A DNA stretch of 64,000 nt from Patescibacteria group bacterium. Lineage in GTDB: Bacteria; Patescibacteriota; WWE3; UBA101185; 2-01-FULL-41-18. The notes beneath the pieces are model-generated. The model saw nothing but the letters and a program-made list of their open reading frames with translations. It made no database searches and was not told where the DNA came from. A program made the position numbers and the translations under genes. Positions 29,328 through 37,677 of this stretch are shown here, piece by piece (positions within the stretch are counted from its first letter, which is position 1; each line of letters starts with the position of its first letter). The DNA is taken from the NCBI GenBank assembly GCA_038064575.1, contig JBBTST010000003.1, forward strand, positions 6,751 to 70,750. Reading direction: 5' to 3'.

Positions 29328-29936
29328 ATGCAATGGTTAAGATCACATCTGAAACTGCTTACTACAGTTTTTGTTCTGTTTCTTGTAGTTCTCGCTGTTC
29401 TTTCTGAAGTAGTTTTGGGCGTGGTAATACATCAGGAACGCATCAACACGCTTGAAACTCTCCAAGCTCACGCAGGTCAGCTGGAGCACTTGGCTGCCAC
29501 GGCTGAAAAGCTTGCTGAGGAGGCTGTAATTTTGGCAGAGACAGCCGTTTCTGAAAAGATCACGGCTGAAGCTGAGGCAACTGAACAAGCGGTAATAAGA
29601 GCAACACTTATGGAAGAAATCGCTACTCCAGAACCCAATTCAGATTACACCATATGTTCTGGAGACTTTGCAGTTAGCTGGCTCTTCGATTTGAGAGCGG
29701 GACCTTTGACTGTTGATGGAAACACTTTTTTCCTAGAAACAGCGGAGGAAGGTGTCATATATGCCAATGGTGGCAGATCCTGGAGAGTGCCCAAAATGCG
29801 AATTGTTGCTCTGAATGGCATATCGCACTTATGTTTCAGTATAACCACCTGGCCTCTCGTGCTTGTGTTTGGGAATGAAGAAATAAGTCCCCCCAAAGGA
29901 AATTTCACAATACCTACAATCACCCCTACTTCCTAA
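29328..29936 (+). CDS. Membrane-anchored coiled-coil protein with unknown C-terminal beta domain
   Basis: TTGACA(29264)-16-TATCAT promoter, AAGGAG SD, N-terminal TM helix, A/E-rich coil. Confidence 0.7.
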   Translation: MQWLRSHLKLLTTVFVLFLVVLAVLSEVVLGVVIHQERINTLETLQAHAGQLEHLAATAEKLAEEAVILAETAVSEKITAEAEATEQAVIRATLMEEIATPEPNSDYTICSGDFAVSWLFDLRAGPLTVDGNTFFLETAEEGVIYANGGRSWRVPKMRIVALNGISHLCFSITTWPLVLVFGNEEISPPKGNFTIPTITPTS

Positions 29937-30121
29937 AGCAGGTGTTTGGCGGGCAAAAAGAAGAAAAACTCTTTGTCCGCCCTCCCCTTTTGGGATAGAG
30001 TTTCTGCAATAAGTTTGAGGTCGGAGAGACTTAATCTGTCCTCCTGAACAAGAAATCCTGCTTCGTTTGTAAAAACTTCCTTCTTTGGAAAATTCTCTTT
30101 ACGTAGATGACTTTCAAACAT
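29933..30121 (-). CDS. Small hypothetical protein (doubtful)
   Basis: 62-aa ORF only; no motif. Confidence 0.3.
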   Translation of the reverse strand: MFESHLRKENFPKKEVFTNEAGFLVQEDRLSLSDLKLIAETLSQKGRADKEFFFFLPAKHLL

Positions 30122-30298
30122 AGCTTAACTACAATACTTATAAATCCCCTTGGCTATACATTCTTATTTTTCTAATAGATTGTTTTTCAGCGTTTTTGTA
30201 AAACCGAGCTGATCTAATGTTATTGATTGATTACCTGCTTATTGGTTGGGGGTTTCAATACACCTAACCTCAGATGTGTATTGGTGTCTGGAAACTAA

Positions 30299-30335
30299 AA
30301 AGATGCTATGTGGCACTTGCTTACATAGCATCCTT
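30299..30335 (-). terminator. Hairpin after the 30366 gene
   Basis: AAAGATGCTATGT...ACATAGCATCCTT. Confidence 0.5.
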
Positions 30336-30365
30336 TGCTGGAACCCTTGGTTTAGACTGACGTCA

Positions 30366-30641
30366 TTATTCTCGTGTGTCGTTGGGGTCGCACACGTCAA
30401 GCAGTCCCTGGTTATCTTTAAGACCGAAGCCGATCTTCAGGTCTTCCCTCTTCCTCAAAGGGATTTGGTGCATCTCTCCGCCAAGCATAACGGCAATGAA
30501 AGTGTTTCCGCCGATGTCAGCTGTTGGATGGACCATAACCTCGTTTGGAGGGTAACCCTTTTCTTCGAACGCCTCAAGGACTGCCTGGCGGGCAGATTCG
30601 ATAACATCGCCTTCGATAGTAAATGGTTGTGTGATATACAT
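30366..30641 (-). CDS. Small acidic hypothetical protein
   Basis: AAAGGAG SD; co-oriented with the 30684 gene. Confidence 0.6.
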   Translation of the reverse strand: MYITQPFTIEGDVIESARQAVLEAFEEKGYPPNEVMVHPTADIGGNTFIAVMLGGEMHQIPLRKREDLKIGFGLKDNQGLLDVCDPNDTRE

Positions 30642-30683
30642 TAGACTCTCCTTTTGATTTTGAAAGTGATAAAGACTTTATGT

Positions 30684-31043
30684 CTACCACCTTGGTTTTA
30701 GCAACGTCTTTCCTCTACCATCCAAATCACCGATGAAAACCTCCACTTCAAACTCTCCATCAAAGGTGTCCCAGATGATTTGTGCAACAGCGCGCGTTAC
30801 TTTCTCTCTCGCCTCGAAGGCGTCGGGTGTGTCAAAGAACATCCCCGTGTCCAGCCTGCAGTAGATCGTGTTGTCTTGCTCAGCATCTGGATCGCCAAGA
30901 AGGTCCTTTACGAAGAAAGGCCGAACTATTTTAGGTGAAACATCCATAGCCTCGGCAACGGCAGTAATAAGCTCTGCCCGCATTTTCCTGAGTACTTCCT
31001 TTGGAGTACCCTCAGGTAAACCAAAAAGATTTGGGAACGGCAT
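30684..31043 (-). CDS. Tautomerase/MIF-superfamily-like protein
   Basis: Pro at position 2 (Pro-1 after Met removal); two beta-alpha-beta-like units (ELITAVAEAMDVSPKIV.., KVTRAVAQII..EVEVFI); AGGAG SD. Confidence 0.55.
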   Translation of the reverse strand: MPFPNLFGLPEGTPKEVLRKMRAELITAVAEAMDVSPKIVRPFFVKDLLGDPDAEQDNTIYCRLDTGMFFDTPDAFEAREKVTRAVAQIIWDTFDGEFEVEVFIGDLDGRGKTLLKPRW

Positions 31044-31273
31044 TGCTCTCTCCTATTGAGCTAATTAGATTCCGATAGGTGAAAGTATTCTACTTCAAAG
31101 TAACAACCATGCAAGTGTACTTTAATTGATGCTCTTAGGTTGAAGTTTAATTGCGTACGATTCGCTTGTTTATAAAAAAGGTACCTAGACTTAATGAAAA
31201 AAGCGAAGCCTTTATGTCCTAGCGACCCCGAACACCGCGGTTTAGTTGTGGGGGACCTTTAACCCCTTCTTTT

Positions 31274-31293
31274 TCGTATCATATATGATACGA
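31274..31293. promoter_or_regulatory. Perfect 20-bp palindrome; putative operator upstream of the wHTH-Fic gene
   Basis: TCGTATCATATATGATACGA contains the -10-like TATGAT and ends 9 nt before ATG 31303. Confidence 0.6.
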
Positions 31294-31302
31294 TTATTTA
31301 TA

Positions 31303-32361
31303 ATGAGTGGTACGAATATAAACACAAGGCAGGAAAAAATACTCTTACTTTTGGTAGAAAATCTGCCTAAATCCCGTAGTGATATAAAAAAGACTTTGTT
31401 TGCGGAGGAGGAGGTTTCCAGAATTACTTTGATTAGGGATTTGAATGAACTCGTTGATTTGGGTTTTGTTTATTCTGAGGGTAGTGGTAGAAATGTGGTG
31501 TATGGTGTTACCGACAAATATGCTCTTCTTTATCCAGTAGGCATTGATAAATATTATTCTGCCGAATCTGATGAGAGGGTTTTAAAAATCCCATCATTTA
31601 ATTTTGAGATATTTAAAATTCTAAATGGTATTTTGAGTGAATCAGAAAGGAAGCTGTTTGAGTTTGGCAAGAAAAAGTTATCCGATAGCTTTTCAACTTT
31701 GGATGCAACAATAATACGAAGAGAGTTGGAAAGATTTATGATTGAACTAAGTTGGAAGTCCTCCCAAATAGAAGGTAATACCTACACGTTGTTGGAAACA
31801 GAGGAGCTAATAAAAAATAAAAAGGAAGCTGAGGGCCACGAAAAAGCAGAAGCAATAATGATTCTAAACCATAAGAAGGCCTTTGATACCATTTTGGAAC
31901 ATAGAGACGAATATAAGCAAATATCATTGCGAGATCTAAATACACTTCATTCAGTTTTGATTGAAGGACTGGACGTAACACCCGGAATAAGAAAACATAA
32001 AGTGGGTATCACAGGAACAAAGTATACGCCGCTGGATAACGAGCATCAGATACAAGAGGTTTTAGAAAAACTTTTTGAGTTGCTTGATACTGTCAGTTTT
32101 GTACCGGAAGCGGCTTTAATATTGTTGGCTATGCTCTCATACATCCAACCATTTGCAGACGGAAATAAAAGAACTGCCAGAATGGTAAGCAACGCACTTT
32201 TGATAGCAAACGGATATTTCCCACTTTCTTATAGAAGTGTAAATGAGGTGGAGTTTAAAAAAGCATTATTATTGTTTTATGAACAAAACAACTTATATCA
32301 CTTAAAACGGATATTTATAACACAGCAGGAATTTGCTATAAACAATTATTTTAGAAGCTAG
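31303..32361 (+). CDS. Fic-domain protein with N-terminal wHTH
   Basis: wHTH (SRITLIRDLNELVDLGFV..GSGRNVVY), autoinhibitory SSQIEGN, Fic loop YIQPFADGNKRTAR. Confidence 0.9.
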   Translation: MSGTNINTRQEKILLLLVENLPKSRSDIKKTLFAEEEVSRITLIRDLNELVDLGFVYSEGSGRNVVYGVTDKYALLYPVGIDKYYSAESDERVLKIPSFNFEIFKILNGILSESERKLFEFGKKKLSDSFSTLDATIIRRELERFMIELSWKSSQIEGNTYTLLETEELIKNKKEAEGHEKAEAIMILNHKKAFDTILEHRDEYKQISLRDLNTLHSVLIEGLDVTPGIRKHKVGITGTKYTPLDNEHQIQEVLEKLFELLDTVSFVPEAALILLAMLSYIQPFADGNKRTARMVSNALLIANGYFPLSYRSVNEVEFKKALLLFYEQNNLYHLKRIFITQQEFAINNYFRS

Positions 32362-32601
32362 CTTTCTTCAGGGTTTAGCAATGCTAACCTAAACTTAACG
32401 GCCCTTCATTACTTTTTTCTTCTGAGAAATTTGTTGGAAAAACAGTACAGTAAGGATTACATCTTGATAAAAACCACAAACTTATTTATTCCAAACATAT
32501 AAAATTTAAAAGTGGAATGGGCGTACCAAAGGACCTTTTTAAATCGAACCTTTATAGGTTTTGAGGTAAGTTAACTGCCAATTAAACGCGTTCTGATCTT
32601 T

Positions 32602-32991
32602 TGGTGGAGATGGGGGGAGTTGAACCCCCGTCTTAACAGGTTGTGAGAAAAAGGTTTACAAGCGTATCCGGCAAATAATCAAAGGCGGCCTGTCCGGAAC
32701 AAACCGATTAGTCCTTAATATAGATAGTAAGTTTTTGAAGCTTTTTGCCCTTGGATCTGTGCTCCTATCAATACACAAACCCGCATCCTAATTTTTATAA
32801 AGCCTAAAGCACCTCACTTAGGAAAGAGGTGCAAAGACTTTGTCTAAAATTAATTAAACAAAAGCACCAACAAGAGCCGGTGCGTCAACATATTCATTGT
32901 CAACATTTATCTTTGCTAATTTTAACAAGAACTTTAGCAAACTTGGCTTGCCCTCTAAACACAACGCTGCTAATCAAAGCCTGTCATCCCC
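32602..32991 (-). ncRNA. ssrA: Transfer-messenger RNA
   Basis: 5' GGGGATG pairs with 3' CATCTCC-ACCA, giving the G3-U Ala determinant. T-arm GGGGGTTCAACTCCCCC. Tag ORF at 32904-32854. Directly downstream of smpB. Confidence 0.95.
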
Positions 32992-33034
32992 ATTTAAATT
33001 CTAGTGAACTCTTATTTTGTAAAACAGAGAAAAG

Positions 33035-33490
33035 CTAGATTTTGACCCCTGCTTCTTCTCTTTTTAAATCCATTTCACCCTGTTTCTTTTTAAGACTTTC
33101 TTTCTTTTCATGCAGCTTCTTGCCCTTAACAAGAGCTATTTCAAGCTTAATTAACCCGTGCTCAGACATAATTTTTAAAGGTGCTATGGAAAAACCTTTC
33201 TGCGCTACTTTACCCAGGAGGCGCTGGGATTCATACTTGTTCAAGAGCAACAACCTGTCTTTTCTTGAATCTGCCTCCTCAACAGTAAGCGATTGCCTTG
33301 AATACTTGCCAATATAAAAGTTCATCAAAATAGGCTTTCCTTGAACAAACTTAACAAAACTTCCGTCAAAGTCAACTTTTCCCTCCCTTACCGCCTTAAC
33401 CTCACTTCCTGAAAGCACAACGCCAGCCTTGTAGGAATCAAGGATTTGATACTCATGCAAAGCTTTTCTATTCTGCGCAATCATACTCAT
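33035..33490 (-). CDS. smpB: SsrA-binding protein
   Basis: IAQNRKALHEY, AGVVLSGSEVKAVR, R.LLL.K.E, KGKKLHEKKE. Confidence 0.95.
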   Translation of the reverse strand: MSMIAQNRKALHEYQILDSYKAGVVLSGSEVKAVREGKVDFDGSFVKFVQGKPILMNFYIGKYSRQSLTVEEADSRKDRLLLLNKYESQRLLGKVAQKGFSIAPLKIMSEHGLIKLEIALVKGKKLHEKKESLKKKQGEMDLKREEAGVKI

Positions 33491-33565
33491 TACAGTTTGT
33501 ATTGTAGCAAATTTGCGGTTTAAAGTACAGAATTAGTGAGTAATATGGCTTGGATAGGCCTAAAT

Positions 33566-35344
33566 CTAAGGTGTGAGCTTAAGCTTATATACCTTTGAAC
33601 CTGCAAGAATATAGGCGGTTGTACCATCTTTAGAAACAGCAAAGCTTTTGACTGCAGGCACAATAACATCCCCACTAAGTAGGATTTGCCTGACATAATT
33701 CCCCTCTTTATCAAAAATCACTATTCTTCCCGAGTTTTCCAACACGTACAAGTTTACAAGCTCGGGAGTAGTATAAACGGCTATAGGATTATTAAAAGCG
33801 CCATCAAATCCTTTCAGAGAAAAAGCCTCTTTCTTGCCTGAGGTAAACTTTGTTAAAGTTCCTGCCTTTGTAACAATGTAAATACTCCCATCAATTGCCA
33901 TTGAGAGTGCTTCTCTAAGTTCAGGTCCATCGTTAGTCCATAACACAGTGTTTTTCAAAATTGAACCGTCTTTAATTACATAGAAATTACCTATATAAGA
34001 TGATGCCGCTAGCACATTGGTAAGCGGGAATTCAAACTTAGAATCACTCTTTGAAATTTTGCCATTGCCGCTATCCAAAAAGTAAAAGGCGTCCTCCGCC
34101 AAAAAATAAATTCCTAAATCAGATGTGCTTAAAAATTTAGGTTTTGCAGCTTGAGTGCTTTCTACAACGGAAAAAGCAATGCTTGGAAAAATTTTGAGCT
34201 CATACAATTTGTTTCTTTTGGAATCAGCAAGCACAAGTTTTTCCAAGGAGAGTAAAGAAAGCTCAGAGGGGTCAGCGTCCTTGTCATCCACCCGGACATC
34301 ATATAAAACATCCGGAACAACTCTTAGGATCTTATTAATTATATCCAGATTGGCAAGATTTTCTTTGATTAGGACATCAATCTCAGTAACAACATCACCG
34401 GAAACACCTTTCTTTGCCTCCTCCAAGAGATTTTTATTGGCAGTAAGGAGTTCCTTTGCTTTAAATTTATCAGACTCCATAAGCTTTAGCGCATCAGTCA
34501 GGTTTTCACGCCCTTTAGCCAAAACCAAAGCCCCTTCATTTTTACTCTTAAAAAGTGTGGTTTTCTTAAAAGAGGAAAAAACCGAACTAAAAAGCAAAGA
34601 TCCAATAACAAAAGCCATTATTATCAAGAATACTTTCTTTCTTTTAGGAGAGGAGGCTCTTGCAAGTTTAATCGGTTTTCCACCTGGGGATTCTTTAAAA
34701 TCAAGCACTGAAAAGTTGGAAGCATCACTATCTATATTAAATTTAAGAACTATGGCTGATACCCCTTCTTTACTTAAAAACTCAGTTGCGGATTTCATCA
34801 AGGCCTCAGGTGAATAAGCCTCACAAAAAGCTCTTGAGCCAAGAACCACTACATCAGAATCTCTAACCACTCCGGAAGCTACAGAAAAATCGCCTTCAGA
34901 TAGAGTGTTGATGGGTTTGATTCTGCCTTCTCTAATCAGGTAAGAGCACCCATACCCATACTGAATAACATACAATACGCTTCCCCATAAAATGGACAGC
35001 ACAACATGAAATTCGCTTATTCCTGAGGTTGCCCTTGGATCCTGCAAAAGACTAAAAACTTTGTCTCTTACAACTGAGGCTGCTTTTTCAATTCTTTGAA
35101 GAGGGGTGCCTTCCGGTTCATTAAAGTATTCACTTTGAAAAGTATCCGATACCACCTTTTTGATGAGTGTTGGATCAAAAAGCGCTTCAGAAGAAACATC
35201 AATTACAGCGTAGAGACTGCCTCGCCTGACTGAAACCTCATCTTCAGGCTCAATAACAAGCGGACAGGAATACTTGAGCGTCTTTTCTTCTTTTGGGCTA
35301 CCTACTTTTTGAACTTTAACCAGAAGTTTTTTATCCATAAACAC
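33566..35344 (-). CDS. Bitopic protein: degenerate PP2C-like N-domain, TM helix, helical stalk and C-terminal beta-propeller
   Basis: LY....G....YLIREG...SVASG.VRDSDVVVLGS resembles the PP2C fold. TM near aa 238-258. NHL-like blades (SMAIDGSIY, NLYVLE..GRIVIFDKEGNYVRQ). Confidence 0.7.
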   Translation of the reverse strand: MFMDKKLLVKVQKVGSPKEEKTLKYSCPLVIEPEDEVSVRRGSLYAVIDVSSEALFDPTLIKKVVSDTFQSEYFNEPEGTPLQRIEKAASVVRDKVFSLLQDPRATSGISEFHVVLSILWGSVLYVIQYGYGCSYLIREGRIKPINTLSEGDFSVASGVVRDSDVVVLGSRAFCEAYSPEALMKSATEFLSKEGVSAIVLKFNIDSDASNFSVLDFKESPGGKPIKLARASSPKRKKVFLIIMAFVIGSLLFSSVFSSFKKTTLFKSKNEGALVLAKGRENLTDALKLMESDKFKAKELLTANKNLLEEAKKGVSGDVVTEIDVLIKENLANLDIINKILRVVPDVLYDVRVDDKDADPSELSLLSLEKLVLADSKRNKLYELKIFPSIAFSVVESTQAAKPKFLSTSDLGIYFLAEDAFYFLDSGNGKISKSDSKFEFPLTNVLAASSYIGNFYVIKDGSILKNTVLWTNDGPELREALSMAIDGSIYIVTKAGTLTKFTSGKKEAFSLKGFDGAFNNPIAVYTTPELVNLYVLENSGRIVIFDKEGNYVRQILLSGDVIVPAVKSFAVSKDGTTAYILAGSKVYKLKLTP

Positions 35345-35347
35345 CCA

Positions 35348-35587
35348 TCAAAGATACTTTACTGAAATGAGAAGCAAAACCACACCCAAAACCAAATTCA
35401 AAAAAGAAAGGATACTAAAGGCGGGAGAAAATTTGGTTTTTAGCATGTCTCCAAGTAAGAAGGTTTGTCTTATCACAACCAAGGAAAAAAGTATATATAA
35501 AACTGCGCCTGCAATGAGTGAAGCTTTTACAAAAACAAGTATGTTTATAGCCGTAAGGTTTGGGTTGATTATATTAAGACTTGGCAT
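35348..35587 (-). CDS. Small two-TM protein (CPR-type, DUF5657-like)
   Basis: LYILFSLVVIRQ...LKT pattern; in an operon with its neighbours. Confidence 0.7.
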   Translation of the reverse strand: MPSLNIINPNLTAINILVFVKASLIAGAVLYILFSLVVIRQTFLLGDMLKTKFSPAFSILSFLNLVLGVVLLLISVKYL

Positions 35588-36149
35588 TTCTTACCTCCGT
35601 TGCTAAATCAGATATCCTATCATGTACAACAGCGGGTTTTGGCACAAGCTCAAACTCAAGTTCCCTAGATTCCCCTGCAGTTTGCACAATCACACTGCCA
35701 TAATTAAAAATTGTTGCAGCAATGCCTTTTAAAGTATAAGTTACATCCTCTATATTTGTAATTGGGGCTTCAGAAACCCGAATACTCAAAATTCCATAAA
35801 AATCCACGTCAACAAGTCTTTTGCTAGTGACTATATAAACGTTTGAATACCAGCTTAAATAACTTTCAAAAATATAGGTGATTGTAACAAGATACCAAAA
35901 CAGGACAAGTATAAGCGAATAATGGGTGGGTATAACACCATCTAGAGGAAAACCCCCAACCAATAAGACTTGCGGAATCACAAATGGAACCAACATCATA
36001 CCAAAAGAGATTAAAATCCAGGGAATATTTGTTACAACATGTCTTCTTAGCAGGAGTAGGATTTTCTCATCCTTGTCTTCACCATGAAACTCAACGCCTT
36101 TTGGCTCGGGGATAAATGAATAAAAAAGCTCTTTGAAAAAAGACGGCAT
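35574..36149 (-). CDS. Membrane protein with bacterial PH domain
   Basis: F.GE..DEKILLLLRRH, two TM helices, W..NVYIVT.KRLVDVDF, IEDVTY, FNYG.V.VQTAG. Start at MPSFF, after TGCTATAAT. Confidence 0.82.
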   Translation of the reverse strand: MPSFFKELFYSFIPEPKGVEFHGEDKDEKILLLLRRHVVTNIPWILISFGMMLVPFVIPQVLLVGGFPLDGVIPTHYSLILVLFWYLVTITYIFESYLSWYSNVYIVTSKRLVDVDFYGILSIRVSEAPITNIEDVTYTLKGIAATIFNYGSVIVQTAGESRELEFELVPKPAVVHDRISDLATEVRNAKS

Positions 36150-36177
36150 AATGTTCCCATTATAGCAAATTTGACTT

Positions 36178-37677
36178 TTAAGGCTTTGTGTCAACCATTT
36201 TAGTAGAAAGAATTAGTGCAAGGTCATCTTCATAGATTACTTTTGCCTTGAGCTTTTCTTGTAAAAAGGTTTTAAGGTCAGAGTTTTTCTTTGCTATTAA
36301 GAAAGTGTCTATTTCATACTTAACAAAGAGCTCCTCAGCCTCAGCTTTGTCTGTCATATAAGACATCTTGACGTAGTCGGCAAATAGGTGGTTTCCCGGT
36401 TTGGTCCAAGATGCCATTCGTCCGTCAATGAAAACTTTTCTTTCAGGTAGAGCATACAATAGGTATCCCCCCCACGAATAGTTGTTGAAAAGCCTGTATG
36501 ATATGCCCTGATCCCAACTTTTCATAAATGCAACTGCCTTAACAGGATACAAAATACTAAAATCAGAATCGTCAATAAGTCTTATAATTCGGATCACTGT
36601 CAGACAAACAATAAGCAGTAAACCAAGACCTTTAATAAGAGGCGATATCCTACACTTGAGCCTTTGCCAGGCAATATCTAACAACCCCAGAAAATCCCAG
36701 AGCATGAAAAGGGAGAAGAAAATTTCAACTCTTAAAAAATATTTTGATCTAAAAACCATAAAAACGCTTAGTAAAAAAGGGATGTACCAGGCAAGAAGTA
36801 ATTTTAAAAATTCTTCTTTACTATTAGCGGTTTTTCTAATGCGCCAAACTAGGGAGACAATAAAGGTTAAAACTGAAATATAAAAAACAATTGACGGGCT
36901 GCCGGCAGTCAAAGTGAGCCCCTTCCATTCGCCAATGTAATCTTTATAAGAAACTAAAGAAATCAAAAAGACGTCCTGATATAAAGTTTTATAAATGTCT
37001 ACGCCAAAGGGGTTAATTAAAGTTCCTAAAAAAGAGGCGAGCAAAATAACAAAATTTCTAAAGTGCGTTTTAAAATCAGAAAACCGCCTCCCCTTAAAAT
37101 CAAAAGCAAAGATTGCTTGACTACCAAAGAAGTAAAGGAGTATACCCAAACCTATTAGAAAATCAGGATGAAGATTGGCCCAAATAACAAAAAGTAGTGG
37201 GAGAAAGAAAGAAAAATTAACTTTTCCTGATGTAAACTGCCTCTGAAGAGCAGGGATTAAAAAAAGAAAGAAAATACTGCTGAAAAACATGGGTCTTGAA
37301 ATTATGCTAAAAGGAACCATATAAAAGGTGACAAAAATTGTTACTAGGCAGGCTTTAAAGCTTTCTCCAAAAAACCTCATAGAAAAAAAATACGCAGCCA
37401 GCACAAAGATGACAGTTAAAACTACCGCTATTAGAGAAAACCCCACCGGTAGAGAAATCACATAAAAAACGGCTTGTGAGAGCCAGTAGGAATTAGCCCA
37501 GTAGAATCCCTCATAAGTATAAGTGGAAGTATCATACTTTTGAATTGACCGGGAAGTAATAATTTTTTCTCCGTATGAAAGGTGCCAGAAAAAATCGGGG
37601 TCAACATAAAACCGTAAAAGCAGAAGAACACAAATCACAAAAGTGATTGGTAGCTTATTTCTTGATAAAAATGTCAT
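36178..37677 (-). CDS. GT-C-fold polytopic membrane glycosyltransferase
   Basis: DPDFFWHL..G..I, RP, W.NLH, INPFG, I.EW, YP..AV, FNNY.WGGYL, VFIDGR. Confidence 0.75.
   Translation of the reverse strand: MTFLSRNKLPITFVICVLLLLRFYVDPDFFWHLSYGEKIITSRSIQKYDTSTYTYEGFYWANSYWLSQAVFYVISLPVGFSLIAVVLTVIFVLAAYFFSMRFFGESFKACLVTIFVTFYMVPFSIISRPMFFSSIFFLFLIPALQRQFTSGKVNFSFFLPLLFVIWANLHPDFLIGLGILLYFFGSQAIFAFDFKGRRFSDFKTHFRNFVILLASFLGTLINPFGVDIYKTLYQDVFLISLVSYKDYIGEWKGLTLTAGSPSIVFYISVLTFIVSLVWRIRKTANSKEEFLKLLLAWYIPFLLSVFMVFRSKYFLRVEIFFSLFMLWDFLGLLDIAWQRLKCRISPLIKGLGLLLIVCLTVIRIIRLIDDSDFSILYPVKAVAFMKSWDQGISYRLFNNYSWGGYLLYALPERKVFIDGRMASWTKPGNHLFADYVKMSYMTDKAEAEELFVKYEIDTFLIAKKNSDLKTFLQEKLKAKVIYEDDLALILSTKMVDTKP

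Noticed and set aside
27726-31043. Integron cassette array
   Set aside because: The ORFs are in mixed orientation with their own promoters. The hairpins share no sequence, and no attC-type GTTRRRY/RYYYAAC pattern or intI gene was seen.
32829-33038. 69-aa plus-strand ORF
   Set aside because: Antisense to the tmRNA.
34155-34817. Long antisense ORFs (this 220-aa one; also 4224-4604, 6248-6691, 56336-56878, 56915-57334)
   Set aside because: Ser/Phe/Leu-rich shadows of well-supported genes on the opposite strand.
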